From an uncultured Chromatiales bacterium (GTDB lineage Bacteria; Bacteroidota; Ignavibacteria; SZUA-365), in contig CAYUWG010000013.1 of the NCBI GenBank assembly GCA_964448285.1, positions 10,970 through 74,969 of the forward strand: 64,000 nt of DNA. Direction: 5' to 3'. Positions within the stretch are counted from its first letter, which is position 1; each line of letters starts with the position of its first letter. A program made the translations under genes and the position numbers. This document shows, in pieces, positions 54,422 through 64,000 of the stretch. The notes beneath the pieces were generated by a model. The model was not told the DNA's origin and searched no databases. It saw nothing but the letters and a program-made list of their open reading frames with translations.

Positions 54422-55267
54422 ATGAATCGCGCAAACCAGCACCCGATGGGCTTCCTCGAAAAGTTAGATGCAGCCGCCACCAAAAACAACAGCCTCGTTT
54501 GTGTCGGTCTCGATACGGACGCGACGAAAATTCCACCTCACCTTCTCACGGAGTCGAATCCGGTGCTCGCATTCAATAAGCGCATCATCGATTCGACGGC
54601 GGATCTGGTTCAAGCATACAAACTCAATCTTGCGTTCTATGAAGCTCTCGGCTCAACGGGGTACGAGACCATGAAGCGCACGCTCGAGGTCATCCCCAAT
54701 GAGATTCCCGTGATCGGCGATGCGAAGCGCGGTGATATCGGCAACACCGCTTCGCTCTATGCAAAGGCTCTGTTCGATGATCTCGGTTTCGACGCGGTGA
54801 CGCTTGCGCCCTACATGGGTTATGATTCCATCGAACCGTTTTTGCGATATGAAGAGCGCGGGGTGTTCGTACTCGTGCTCACGTCGAATTCCGGTTCGCG
54901 GGATTTTCAATACCTCAAGTCAGGAGATGAGGAGTTGTATATCCACGTGGCGAGGAAGGTCGTTGAGTGGAACGATCGGAAAAACTGCGGAATGGTTGTG
55001 GGAGCAACGCATCCCCAAGAGCTTCAAACCATTCGGAGCATCGCGGGAAGAATCCCGATTCTCGTTCCCGGACTTGGCGCGCAAGGAGGAGACGTCGAGT
55101 CCTCGGTGCAGGCAGGGATAGATGAAGCCGGCATGAGAGCGATATTCAATTCCAGCAGGGCAATTCTCTTCGCTTCGTCCGAACGCGACTACGGCGAGAG
55201 AGCACGAGAGAAGACCTTAGAGTTTCGCAATGAAATCAACGCATTTCGTCAGACAGTGAAAGCATAA
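54422..55267 (+). CDS. pyrF: orotidine 5'-phosphate decarboxylase (type 2)
   Basis: MNRANQHPMGFLEKLDAAATKNNSLVCVGLDTD...PVIGDAKRGDIGNTA are OMP decarboxylase type-2 motifs. Start at the internal ATG 54422. Confidence 0.85.
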   Translation: MNRANQHPMGFLEKLDAAATKNNSLVCVGLDTDATKIPPHLLTESNPVLAFNKRIIDSTADLVQAYKLNLAFYEALGSTGYETMKRTLEVIPNEIPVIGDAKRGDIGNTASLYAKALFDDLGFDAVTLAPYMGYDSIEPFLRYEERGVFVLVLTSNSGSRDFQYLKSGDEELYIHVARKVVEWNDRKNCGMVVGATHPQELQTIRSIAGRIPILVPGLGAQGGDVESSVQAGIDEAGMRAIFNSSRAILFASSERDYGERAREKTLEFRNEINAFRQTVKA

Positions 55268-55273
55268 GACGGT

Positions 55274-56464
55274 ATGAGGATCGCGTACTTCGATATGTTT
55301 TCCGGAATCAGCGGGGATATGCTTCTCGGTGCGATAATCCATGCGGGCATTCCAATCGAACACATCAGAAATGAGCTTGCAAAGCTCCCGCTCTCAGGAT
55401 ATCATTTGAACATCAGTATGATCGAGCGGAGCATGGTGAGCGCTGCAAAGATCGACGTACATCTCATCGATGAAATGCACGAACATCATGGTCATCATCA
55501 TCACGCGGACTATGCGGGTATCAGGTCGATGATTCTTGCAAGCGGCATCACGGAACGGGCGAAGGGCATCGCCGTCGAGGTATTCGATGCGATTGCGAAA
55601 GCGGAGGCGAAGATCCATGCCGTCCCCGTTGAGAAAGTGCACTTTCACGAAGTCGGCGCGGTCGATTCTATCGTCGATATCGTCGGCTCAGCCATCGGAC
55701 TTGATGCGCTCGGGATTGAAGCGGTCTATACTTCACGCGCGTTAGTCGGCAGCAGCGGGTTCATAGAAACACAGCACGGCACGATGCCCATCCCGACGCC
55801 GGCCACGCTGGAGATTCTCAGCGGTTATCCCGTCGAGATGGCTCCGCTCGACCAGGAATTCACCACGCCAACGGGAGCCGGTTTTATCAAGGCGCTCTCG
55901 AAAGGCGTGCTTCCTTCGTCGTCGGTGATCACTGTAGAGCGCATCGGTTACGGAGCGGGAACGCGCGAAATTCCCGGAAGGCCGAACCTGTTTCGTCTCG
56001 TCATCGGTGAGTACGCTGATGAAAAACTTCCCGGCGCGGTAACGATGCTCGAAACGAACATCGATGACATGAACCCGGAGATATTTCCGCATGTCATCGA
56101 ACGATTGCTTGAAGAAGGCGCGAATGACGCATACATCGTTCCCATCATCATGAAGAAAGGAAGGCCGGCGTTCCTGCTCGTCGTCAATTGCGAAGGCGAG
56201 CGCGTCGAGCACGTCACCGGCGTGTTGTTCGCGGAAACGACGACCACCGGCGTTCGCATCTCGACGCAGAGCCGAATGAAGCTTCTGCGAAAGCAGACGG
56301 AGAGAAACACAAGATTCGGCGTCGTGCGATTCAAAGAAGTGCATCGCAACGGTGCCGTGACGCTCGTGCCGGAGTTCGAAGAATGCCGTCGCATTGCGAA
56401 GGAATATCGAATACCGCTCGTTGACGTGTACGCGGAACTGGAGTACATTGCACGCACGAAATGA
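55274..56464 (+). CDS. larC: LarC-family nickel-insertion protein (DUF111)
   Basis: MRIAYFDMFSGISGDMLLGAIIHAGIP N-terminal signature of LarC/DUF111. His-rich HEHHGHHHHADY segment. Confidence 0.85.
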   Translation: MRIAYFDMFSGISGDMLLGAIIHAGIPIEHIRNELAKLPLSGYHLNISMIERSMVSAAKIDVHLIDEMHEHHGHHHHADYAGIRSMILASGITERAKGIAVEVFDAIAKAEAKIHAVPVEKVHFHEVGAVDSIVDIVGSAIGLDALGIEAVYTSRALVGSSGFIETQHGTMPIPTPATLEILSGYPVEMAPLDQEFTTPTGAGFIKALSKGVLPSSSVITVERIGYGAGTREIPGRPNLFRLVIGEYADEKLPGAVTMLETNIDDMNPEIFPHVIERLLEEGANDAYIVPIIMKKGRPAFLLVVNCEGERVEHVTGVLFAETTTTGVRISTQSRMKLLRKQTERNTRFGVVRFKEVHRNGAVTLVPEFEECRRIAKEYRIPLVDVYAELEYIARTK

Positions 56465-57750
56465 AGCACGCAGCGGCTCTCCTCATTCTCATCATTGCAC
56501 TCACGAAGCTGTCGGCACAGGACAATCCCCTCAGTTCCGTTACCGTGCCCGAGAACATTCGCAAGGAGATTATCACGCAGCATTTCGAAGAGCACTCCGT
56601 GTTCGACCTGCTCTGGAATAACTACCGCACCGAGACCATCATCATCGCAGTGATCCTTGCGATACTCGGCTTATGGTTCAGGAACTATGCGCGACAGCTC
56701 GTCCGGCATGAGGAGCGCATCATGGATTCCCTGCTTACGAATGCCGTCATCCTCTTCGACCGAAACACCGATTTGAAGCTGATGAACCGCGCCGCAAAGC
56801 AACTTCTCGGTCTGGATGATTTCGTTTCGATGGAGGAGGAGTACAAGTACTATTTCCAAAACGCGCCTTCGCCGGAGATATTGGAGTTGTTCGAAGAACT
56901 GAAACGGAACCGCCACACCATCGAGCGTGAGATCATTTTCAATCACGCGAAGATGATGCGAACGCTCGTCTTCAAAGGCTATCCCCTCTACACGGAAAGC
57001 AAGCGCCTCGATGGGTTCGTCATCATGATCGCCGACATCACCGAAGCTATAGAAAAGGACCGCCGCATCAACTGGTCGGGCGTCGCACAACACGTCGCAC
57101 ACAAAGCGAAGACGCCGCTCTCGACAATCACGCTCACCGCACAGCATTTGGAGATGGTGCTCGGAGAGCAGGATAAACCCGTCCCGGAAGCGTCGAAATA
57201 TCTCGACCGAATCGTCGGGGAATCGCGCAAGCTGAACGATATCGTTCACAACCTCACGCGCCTCGCGAACAAAGAGCAGCTCAATCTTCTCCCGAACGAT
57301 GTGAACATCGTTATCCAGCACATCATGGATGATTACCGCGCGAAAAGCTCGCGCAACGTCGAGATCGTCACGCATTTCTATCGCTCGCTCCCAAGGGTGG
57401 GAATCGATATCGCGCACTTTCCTGAAGCGATGCAGAACCTCATGGATAATGCGATACGCGCCATCGGAAATCGCGACGGTCGCATCATCGTCGCTACGAG
57501 TCCCGGGCAATGGATCGACCGCACGGGCGAATACGTCGAGATCACGATTCAAGACACGGGGCAGGGTATGACCGATGAGATCAAGAAGAGTATCTTCAGG
57601 CCGTTCTCGACCCACAGCCAGGGCGGGACCGGCCTGGGTCTCGTCATCGTTCAGAAGATCATTCAGGAACACGGCGGCGAGATCACGTTCAACAGCACTC
57701 CCGGACTTGGGACAACATTTCAAATTCGTTTACCCGTAATCAGGTACTAA
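56461..57750 (+). CDS. sensor histidine kinase (TM, PAS-like, HisKA, HATPase_c)
   Basis: ATGA overlap with larC. H-box GVAQHVAHKAKTPLSTI. N, G1 and G2 boxes (NLMDNAIRA, DTGQGM, GGTGLGL). Confidence 0.85.
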   Translation: MKHAAALLILIIALTKLSAQDNPLSSVTVPENIRKEIITQHFEEHSVFDLLWNNYRTETIIIAVILAILGLWFRNYARQLVRHEERIMDSLLTNAVILFDRNTDLKLMNRAAKQLLGLDDFVSMEEEYKYYFQNAPSPEILELFEELKRNRHTIEREIIFNHAKMMRTLVFKGYPLYTESKRLDGFVIMIADITEAIEKDRRINWSGVAQHVAHKAKTPLSTITLTAQHLEMVLGEQDKPVPEASKYLDRIVGESRKLNDIVHNLTRLANKEQLNLLPNDVNIVIQHIMDDYRAKSSRNVEIVTHFYRSLPRVGIDIAHFPEAMQNLMDNAIRAIGNRDGRIIVATSPGQWIDRTGEYVEITIQDTGQGMTDEIKKSIFRPFSTHSQGGTGLGLVIVQKIIQEHGGEITFNSTPGLGTTFQIRLPVIRY

Positions 57751-57752
57751 TC

Positions 57753-59123
57753 ATGGATGGAAAAAACACAATCCTCATCGTCGATGATGAAGAAGAATTC
57801 TGTACGACGGTATCAGAGATTCTTCAACACATGGGATACGCGACGGTCGTAAAAAACAATCCGGTGGAAGCGATCGAGTACATGCACGTGCATACGGTCG
57901 ATCTTGTCCTGCTCGATATCATCATGCCGCAGATGGATGGACGCGAGGTCCTGTCCCAGATCGTCATGAACTGGCCGGAAGTGCCGGTCATCATGATTAC
58001 GGGACAGGCTTACCACGTCCCGGTTGCGATCGAAGCGGCGAAGAAAGGTTCGTTCAACTTTCTCGCGAAGCCGATCGACATCGCGGCCTTGAAGGAAACG
58101 GTGAAGCAGGCGCTCGATTCGAAAAGCCCGAAAGATGTCTCGCCCGGCATCGAAGAAGTCATGCGTGAAATCGGCATCGTCAGTGCGAGCAACGTCATCC
58201 GCCAGATCATGAGCATGGCGGAGAAGGTTGCAAAGACGACGGTCCCGGTGCTCATCACGGGTGAAAGCGGCGTCGGCAAGGAAGTGCTCGCGAAAGCGAT
58301 CCACTATCTCTCGAATCGGAGAACGAAGCCCTTCATCAGCCTCGACTGCGGAACCCTCACGGAAACGCTCCTCGAAACCGAGCTCTTCGGTCACAGCCGT
58401 GGCGCATTCACCGGCGCCACCGTCGAAAAGAAGGGACTCTTCGAAGAAGCGAACGGCGGGACGATCTTTCTCGATGAGATCACGAACACGTCCATCACGT
58501 TCCAGCAAAAGCTTCTCTACGTCCTGACGAACGGGAAAGTCCGGCGGGTCGGCGATACGCGCGAGAGGGAGATTGACGTGCGCGTAATCAGCGCAACGAA
58601 CAAGAACCTTCAGCAGTGCATCGAGAAGGGCGAGTTTCGTGAAGACCTCTACTACCGGCTTAACAAGTATGACATCCACATCCCGCCGCTGAGGGAACGC
58701 ACGGACGACGTTCCTCTGCTCGCGCGTCATCTTTTAACGAAAGCCTGTAACGAGCATGGGCTTATGCAGCACTTCTTTTCGCCGGCGGCGTTGGATTTGC
58801 TCTCGAAGCAGGAGTGGCGCGGCAACGTGCGCGAGTTGGACAGCGTCGTCACAAAGCTCGGCATCTTCGCCGAGTCGGAAGAGATCGACGTGCATACCGT
58901 TGCGCATGCGTTGAAAGCGGAGACGCAGCCGCAGCCGTTTTACGTGAAAGACCAAAGGCCGTTGATGGACCAAGTCGAAGAGTTCGAGAAGCGCCTCATC
59001 ATCGAAGCGTTGCGCGCGAACGGAGGGAACCAGACGAAAGCAGCGGAACAGCTTGGCGTCGAGCGCACGAACTTCGTCAAGAAGATGCGCAAGCACAATC
59101 TTCAGAAGGATGACTACCTCTGA
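57753..59123 (+). CDS. sigma-54-dependent response regulator (NtrC family)
   Basis: REC domain (ILIVDDEEEF...DLVLLDIIMP). AAA+ sigma-54 activator domain (VLITGESGVGKEVLAKAIH, GAFTGA). C-terminal Fis-type HTH. Confidence 0.9.
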   Translation: MDGKNTILIVDDEEEFCTTVSEILQHMGYATVVKNNPVEAIEYMHVHTVDLVLLDIIMPQMDGREVLSQIVMNWPEVPVIMITGQAYHVPVAIEAAKKGSFNFLAKPIDIAALKETVKQALDSKSPKDVSPGIEEVMREIGIVSASNVIRQIMSMAEKVAKTTVPVLITGESGVGKEVLAKAIHYLSNRRTKPFISLDCGTLTETLLETELFGHSRGAFTGATVEKKGLFEEANGGTIFLDEITNTSITFQQKLLYVLTNGKVRRVGDTREREIDVRVISATNKNLQQCIEKGEFREDLYYRLNKYDIHIPPLRERTDDVPLLARHLLTKACNEHGLMQHFFSPAALDLLSKQEWRGNVRELDSVVTKLGIFAESEEIDVHTVAHALKAETQPQPFYVKDQRPLMDQVEEFEKRLIIEALRANGGNQTKAAEQLGVERTNFVKKMRKHNLQKDDYL

Positions 59124-59182
59124 GGATTGCAATTCCAGCCGCTCAATCCTTATATTCGCAGTGCCTCTTGAGAGGCCCGGAT

Positions 59183-59255
59183 GCGGGAATAGCTCAGTTG
59201 GTAGAGCGCAACCTTGCCAAGGTTGATGTCGCGAGTTCGAGTCTCGTTTCCCGCT
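59183..59255 (+). tRNA. tRNA-Gly (anticodon GCC)
   Basis: gcgggaa/ttcccgc acceptor stem. D-arm tagctcagttggtagagc. Anticodon loop cttGCCaa. T-arm gcgagttcgagtctcgt. 73 nt, no encoded CCA. Confidence 0.9.
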
Positions 59256-59257
59256 CA

Positions 59258-59285
59258 AAAAAACGCTCCCACGGGAGCGTTTTTC
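59258..59285. terminator. rho-independent terminator (bidirectional) after tRNA-Gly
   Basis: aaaaaaACGCTCCCacgGGAGCGTttttc, flanked by convergent genes. Confidence 0.65.
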
Positions 59286-60243
59286 ATTTCAGATGATGCG
59301 CAAGGTACGCGCGCTTTCGCATCCAGTGCGGGTCGATGAACTTCACGACTTGCAGAGTAAGGAAGGCGAAAAGCGCACCGGCCACAAGGTCGATGACGTA
59401 ATGGTATCGCAGATAGACCGTCGCAATGATGAGCAGAGAGCCGACCACGCCGAGGAACCATCTGCTTCGCGCGCGATAGCGAAACGCGACGATCATGACG
59501 ATCAACGTGATCTGGGTGTGACCGCTTGGAAAAACATCACGCTGGACGTTTCGTTCGACGTTCTCCGAGCCGGGAGGTATGGACTCTCCAATGTCGGTAT
59601 AGACTCGGAGCGGTTCAGTGAGCAACAAGCCGGGGAGTTCTTCATTGATGGCATGGAAATCATGCAGCGTAAAGCGCGGCCCGATTGCCGGCACGCTGAC
59701 GTAGCCGATGTAGGAGAGATAAAACCCGAGTATGACCGTCAGGAAGACGAGCCGGAACGCATGCATCCGTTTCTTCCGATACAGATCCACCGTCAGGATC
59801 AATGGCAAGAGATAGAAACTGGCGTAGGCGAGTTGCAGCACTTCCGTGAGAAGCGGATGCTGGAATCGATAGATCCAGTGCGTCGGATGCACGCCGAAGA
59901 TCGCGTAGTCGATGGCCATCAGCGCGGAGTCGTAGTCAATCGGATGGATGGCGGGCACGAGGAAGTACATTTCCTTGAACGCGATCGGGATGCAGGCCAT
60001 CATGTAAAAACCGTGGAAGAGCTTCCAGATATGCTTTCGTGTATAAGAGAACTCAGCGAGCCGGAAGACGATGACGATCACACCCGCATTGACCAGGACA
60101 AAAAACCACGCGAGGGGAACATCCTCCGACCAGAGCGCCATCGCGATGGAGAGCATCGCAAAGAAGAGAACGTTGATCAGGTCGGTGGTGTCGAGGTATG
60201 AGATCGAGCGCTTGATCGCTCGCGAAAGGGAAGAGGAACCCAT
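59284..60243 (-). CDS. PAP2-superfamily integral membrane phosphatase/transferase
   Basis: Multi-TM protein. PAP2 motifs: FPSGHT (PSGH) and ..YLRYHYVIDL (SR...H...D-type). Confidence 0.65.
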   Translation of the reverse strand: MGSSSLSRAIKRSISYLDTTDLINVLFFAMLSIAMALWSEDVPLAWFFVLVNAGVIVIVFRLAEFSYTRKHIWKLFHGFYMMACIPIAFKEMYFLVPAIHPIDYDSALMAIDYAIFGVHPTHWIYRFQHPLLTEVLQLAYASFYLLPLILTVDLYRKKRMHAFRLVFLTVILGFYLSYIGYVSVPAIGPRFTLHDFHAINEELPGLLLTEPLRVYTDIGESIPPGSENVERNVQRDVFPSGHTQITLIVMIVAFRYRARSRWFLGVVGSLLIIATVYLRYHYVIDLVAGALFAFLTLQVVKFIDPHWMRKRAYLAHHLK

Positions 60244-60244
60244 A

Positions 60245-61660
60245 TCAGAGGTAGAGAAGCGTCAGAAAACCCAGATAGATGAAGAGTCCGAGTGCATCGT
60301 TCGAAGTCGTGATGAAAGGCCCGGTCGCGAGCGCAGGATCGATTCCCATGCGGTCGAGCAGGAATGGAACGACCGCACCGACGAGTGTCGCGTTGATGAT
60401 GACCACCAAGAGCGAGAGCGCGACCGTTGAACCGAAGGCCACGTCTCCAATCCACCAGAACACGATGCCGAACAGAAGGACACCGAAGACGGCACCATTG
60501 AGGAACGAACCGGCGAACTCATTCCAAAGTCGTGAGCGGATACTGCTCAGTGCTAACTCGCCTGTCGCTAAGCCACGCACGACGATCGAGGAAGATTGGA
60601 TGCCGGAATTTCCGCCCATCGCCATGATGACGGGAATGAAGAACGCTGACGCAAGCACCTGCTCGATCGATGCCTGAAACGAGCTAAGGACGATCGCGGC
60701 GAGAATTTCACCGATGAATCCGACAAGAAGCCACGGGAGGCGTCCTCGTGTGATTGAAAAGACCGTCGCGTGCGATTTCGTCTCCTCGCTCGTTCCGGAC
60801 ATCCGCTGGATATCCTCGATGGCTTCCTCGTGGATCACGTCAGCGATGTCGTCGAAGGTGATGATCCCGACGGGTTTGTTCTCCGCGTTGACGACGGGAA
60901 GCGTCAGGAGGTCGTACTTCCTCATGACGTTAGCAACGTCTTCCTGGTCCACGTCCGTTCGCACGCTGATCACGTCTTCGTCCATGATGCTTGCGATAGG
61001 CGTATTCGGTTGCACGAGGATGAGATTCTTCAGGCCGACGGTTCCTCTCAGTCGCCCGTCTTTATCGACGACATAGACTTCGTAGATGTCCTGGGTCTCT
61101 TCTGCGAGCGAGCGAACGCTTTCGATTGCATCCTGCGCAGTGCCGGTGAAAAGCACTTCCGGAAACTCCGTCGCCATGAGACCGCCGGCGGTGTCTTCCG
61201 CGTATCCGAGCAATTCCCGAAGCTCGGCTGACTCTTCCGGTTCAAGTTGCTGGAGTACTTCGTGCGCGACTTCATCGTCCAACGCGCTGACGATATCGGC
61301 GGCATCATCGGAATCCAACTCTTCGACAATATTACTGAGTCGTTCAGCCGACAAGCTTTCGACGAGGCTCTCACGTACCGTGTCCTGCAAGTCGAGAATA
61401 ACTTCCGACGCCTCTTCGGTTGAGAGAAGGTTGAAGAGGAACCGCGCCTGTTCCTCTTCCAAGTGGTTGAGGATCTCGGCGATATCCGCCGGTAGCAAGT
61501 CGAGCATGATGTTCCGCAACGCACCGCTGGAACGGCTTTCCACCAAGCCGGTGATGTCGTTCAGGAGTTCTTCGTCAACGAGTGTCGTTGTTGACTGCAC
61601 GCCATCGACGGAGTCGAACAACTCCTCATGTCGCTCTATTTCATGATGCGTTTCAGACAT
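60245..61660 (-). CDS. mgtE: magnesium transporter MgtE
   Basis: MgtE N-terminal domain, tandem CBS domains and a C-terminal five-TM MgtE membrane domain (..GNSGIQSSSIVVRGLATGE..). Confidence 0.9.
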   Translation of the reverse strand: MSETHHEIERHEELFDSVDGVQSTTTLVDEELLNDITGLVESRSSGALRNIMLDLLPADIAEILNHLEEEQARFLFNLLSTEEASEVILDLQDTVRESLVESLSAERLSNIVEELDSDDAADIVSALDDEVAHEVLQQLEPEESAELRELLGYAEDTAGGLMATEFPEVLFTGTAQDAIESVRSLAEETQDIYEVYVVDKDGRLRGTVGLKNLILVQPNTPIASIMDEDVISVRTDVDQEDVANVMRKYDLLTLPVVNAENKPVGIITFDDIADVIHEEAIEDIQRMSGTSEETKSHATVFSITRGRLPWLLVGFIGEILAAIVLSSFQASIEQVLASAFFIPVIMAMGGNSGIQSSSIVVRGLATGELALSSIRSRLWNEFAGSFLNGAVFGVLLFGIVFWWIGDVAFGSTVALSLLVVIINATLVGAVVPFLLDRMGIDPALATGPFITTSNDALGLFIYLGFLTLLYL

Positions 61661-62447
61661 GTGCGACGGCGTTTGAGAGCATGATGAAGTCGTGAAGCGA
61701 AAGTTGTTCGGGGCGTTTCAGAAGAAGATCGGCGAAAGAGGAGTCGAGCTTTTCCGTCGGGATTCCGATGTTCCGCAAGCCGTTTGCAACGGTCTTTCGT
61801 CGGACACCGAACGTTCCGCGCACGACACGTCGAAAACATTCGAAGTCCACGGCTTCTTCTTTCGGCATTTCGAAAAACCTCAGATGGACAACACACGATT
61901 TCACTGCCGGTTTCGGAACGAATACTTCGCGGGACACGGGAAACGCAATGCGCGCTTCCGCGAAGTAGCGTGTCATGACGGAAAGGATTCCGTATTCCTT
62001 TCCGCCCGGCTTACTGCACACGCGCTCGGCAACTTCATACTGCATCATCAAGACGGCATCACGAATCGAAGCAGAATGTTCGAACAATCGGAAGAAGATC
62101 GGACTGGTGATATTGTAAGGGAGATTCCCAACGACGCGGATTTTCCCGTCCCCGACTCCGGGGATCGAAGAAAAATCGAATTCAAGAAAATCGGCTTGAT
62201 GAATTTCGACGGCTTGCCACCGACGTTCCTGCTTGAGAGATGAGAGATGTTCGTATGCGCGTCCGTCGATTTCAACGGCGATGATTGAGGCCCCGGATTC
62301 AGCGAGGAGCGACGTGAGCGCGCCTGTCCCCGGTCCGATTTCCACGATCGTTTCTCCGGGTTTCGGATCGAGGAACGCAACGATCTTTCGCGAGACGTTC
62401 GCGTCGCGAAGAAAATGTTGCCCAAGAGATTTTTTCGCCTGAATCAT
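61653..62447 (-). CDS. rsmA: 16S rRNA (adenine1518/1519-N6)-dimethyltransferase RsmA/KsgA
   Basis: MIQAKKSLGQHFL...IVEIGPGTGALT motifs. Start at the internal ATG 62447; track extension rejected. Confidence 0.9.
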   Translation of the reverse strand: MIQAKKSLGQHFLRDANVSRKIVAFLDPKPGETIVEIGPGTGALTSLLAESGASIIAVEIDGRAYEHLSSLKQERRWQAVEIHQADFLEFDFSSIPGVGDGKIRVVGNLPYNITSPIFFRLFEHSASIRDAVLMMQYEVAERVCSKPGGKEYGILSVMTRYFAEARIAFPVSREVFVPKPAVKSCVVHLRFFEMPKEEAVDFECFRRVVRGTFGVRRKTVANGLRNIGIPTEKLDSSFADLLLKRPEQLSLHDFIMLSNAVAHV

Positions 62448-62695
62448 GGTGAGCCAAAGATAAGGCAATGAGCCGTGAGCAGAAACAGGGAGTGTTGTAC
62501 GGCGCAATTGTGATAGCCATCGGAAGAAAAAAGAAAAGCCGTGTAACTCGATTCGACGACGACTATATTTGGAAGTGCGTAGTACGTGAGTAAGAGTTCA
62601 CCATCTGAAATGTGAGAGGTAATGCAGTCTATCAACGCTACCGCCGGAAGGAATCCAAGGCATCTTCAATCCACCTTTGTGCTTCGGGAAATGAT

Positions 62696-64000
62696 GTGAC
62701 AACGCAGCAGTCACATCATCGAAAGCTTGCAGCGATCATGTTCACCGATATGGTGGGCTACAGCGCATTGGCACAAAAGGATGAAGCGCTGTCGCTTGCA
62801 CTGCTCGAAGAACATCATGCGTTGCTCAGACCGATCTTCTCGCGATTCGGCGGAGTGGAAATCGACACTGCCGGCGATTCATTCTTCATCGAATTCGAAA
62901 GCGCCGTCAATGCCGTTGAATGTGCGATCGAGATTCAGAAGCTTCTCTTCGAGCGAAACCATCAGCTTTCTGCGGACCGGCAAATAAACGTCCGTATCGG
63001 AATACATCTCGGTGACGTGGTTCATATGGGTTCGAAGGTTCACGGCGATGGAGTCAACATTGCTGCCCGCCTCGAGCCGCTTGCGGAGCCGGGAGGGATT
63101 TGTCTGTCAGGCGATGTCGTTCGCCAGATCACCAATAAGGTGAGGCTGAATTTCCAAAAGATGGAGCGCCCGGTCTTGAAGAACATCAGCATCCCGATGG
63201 ACGTGTACAGTGTGGTTCTTCCGTGGAGGCGTTCCTTTGCCGGCATTGACAAAGAGCTTGCACGGGTCGTTCTCAAGAGGAAGTGGAAGCCCGCAGCAAT
63301 GATCGTACTCCTTCTCCTCCTGACTGGTGTGATCGTCGATCGAATTGTCATTCCTTTCTTCGAAGAAGCGGAGCGAGCCACGATTGCTGTGCTGCCGTTC
63401 CGTAGTCTTCACGAGAGTGATGAATACTTTACTGTAGGCTTGACGGAGGATGTAATTACAAGAGTCTCCCGGATCGAAAATCTTCAGGTCACCTCGATGA
63501 CTTCGGTATTACGATTCCGCAACACCGATAGAACGGCAAGAGATATCGGGAAGGAGTTGGGCGTTGCGAATATCCTCGTTGGGAGCGTTCGACGGGAGGA
63601 AGACCGGCTGCGCATTTCCGTCGAGCTGATCGACGTTGAAACCGACAGAAATTTGTGGACAAACCAATATGACCTCGAACTCACCCGCCTTCTCGAGGTG
63701 CAGGAAGACGTATCGAAAAAAATCGCTCACGCGCTTGAAACGCGAATCTCCCCGGAACGCCTGAAAGAATTCACGCGAAGTTCAACGCTCAATCCCGATG
63801 CTTACGATCTTTATCTGAAGGGCCGACACCATTGGAACAAGCGTCAACCGGAGGACCTGAAAAAGAGCATCGAGTATTTCCAGAAGGCGTTGGAGCTTGA
63901 TCCGCGGTATGCGCGCGTGTATGCGGCGCTGGCAGATGCATACATCATCATGGGTGATTTCAACGTCCTCCAACCTGTTGAGGCGTATCGGCGGGCGAAG
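62696..64000 (+). CDS. class III adenylate/guanylate cyclase domain protein with TM and TPR/TolB-like C-terminal region (3' partial, runs off window)
   Basis: ..RKLAAIMFTDMVGYSAL...GVEIDTAGDSFFIEFES...IRIGIHLGDV class III cyclase motifs. Open to the end of the window. Start is ambiguous: GTG 62696 or ATG 62738. Confidence 0.7.
   Translation, partial: MTTQQSHHRKLAAIMFTDMVGYSALAQKDEALSLALLEEHHALLRPIFSRFGGVEIDTAGDSFFIEFESAVNAVECAIEIQKLLFERNHQLSADRQINVRIGIHLGDVVHMGSKVHGDGVNIAARLEPLAEPGGICLSGDVVRQITNKVRLNFQKMERPVLKNISIPMDVYSVVLPWRRSFAGIDKELARVVLKRKWKPAAMIVLLLLLTGVIVDRIVIPFFEEAERATIAVLPFRSLHESDEYFTVGLTEDVITRVSRIENLQVTSMTSVLRFRNTDRTARDIGKELGVANILVGSVRREEDRLRISVELIDVETDRNLWTNQYDLELTRLLEVQEDVSKKIAHALETRISPERLKEFTRSSTLNPDAYDLYLKGRHHWNKRQPEDLKKSIEYFQKALELDPRYARVYAALADAYIIMGDFNVLQPVEAYRRAK

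Noticed and set aside
56671-58730. 350-aa and 305-aa minus-strand ORFs antisense to the histidine kinase and sigma-54 regulator
   Set aside because: The + strand genes have unambiguous HisKA/HATPase and AAA+ motifs. The antisense ORFs are open frames in GC-rich DNA.

Overview
This is a 64-kb chromosomal window from a Gram-negative bacterium, probably of the FCB superphylum. Two secreted proteins end in type-IX secretion (T9SS) C-terminal sorting domains, there is a TonB-dependent receptor, and GC content is roughly mid-50s percent, dropping in one accessory region.

The + strand from 1 to 18.8 kb carries a carbohydrate-utilisation locus. It runs from the galK 3' end through a family-1 sugar ABC importer, five large uncharacterised proteins that are probably glycan-active (one heparinase II/III-like, one six-hairpin glycosidase-like), an alpha-galactosidase, an NAD epimerase and a TonB-dependent receptor.

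Immediately 3' of that locus, about 18.85-27.25 kb on the - strand, is what I interpret as a degenerate chromosomal integron of the inverted-integrase type. A 5'-truncated intI-like tyrosine recombinase whose C-terminus carries a VSPLD motif is followed by five co-directional gene cassettes. The cassettes are separated by mutually similar intergenic elements of 127-290 bp that are imperfect palindromes. They end in GTTAGGC/GTTATGC-type cores and GCATAAC-type inverse cores, and the inverse core supplies or abuts the cassette stop codons. Cassette cargo is defence-like:
- a type II restriction-modification pair in which the methyltransferase is fused to an SNase-like domain;
- a cassette-borne rsgA-like permuted GTPase;
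- a secreted M1-type zinc peptidase;
- a split GmrSD-like pair (DUF262 plus HNH/DUF1524);
- two AT-rich small secreted proteins.

The rest of the window holds:
- a 2113-aa T9SS adhesin-like protein with an internal tandem duplication of about 636 aa, followed by a PorP/SprF-like outer-membrane protein;
- an NfeD/flotillin pair;
- secreted phosphoesterases;
- a TPR histidine kinase;
- mdh, a GT4 glycosyltransferase, mfd, pyrF, larC, a sigma-54 two-component system, tRNA-Gly(GCC), mgtE, rsmA and the start of a class III nucleotidyl cyclase.

Two unexplained repeat regions stand out. One is a 313-bp tandem repeat (about 2.15 copies) with strong hairpins, flanked by inverted arrays of 8-bp GGTAAAG-type repeats, lying between mfd and the GT4 gene. 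The other is a 14-nt minisatellite between the TPR kinase and mdh.

Coordinates of non-ORF features are read from the printed sequence lines and may be off by a few nt. At least one printed line appears to contain an extra triplet, and the histidine-kinase end differs by 1 nt from the ORF track.
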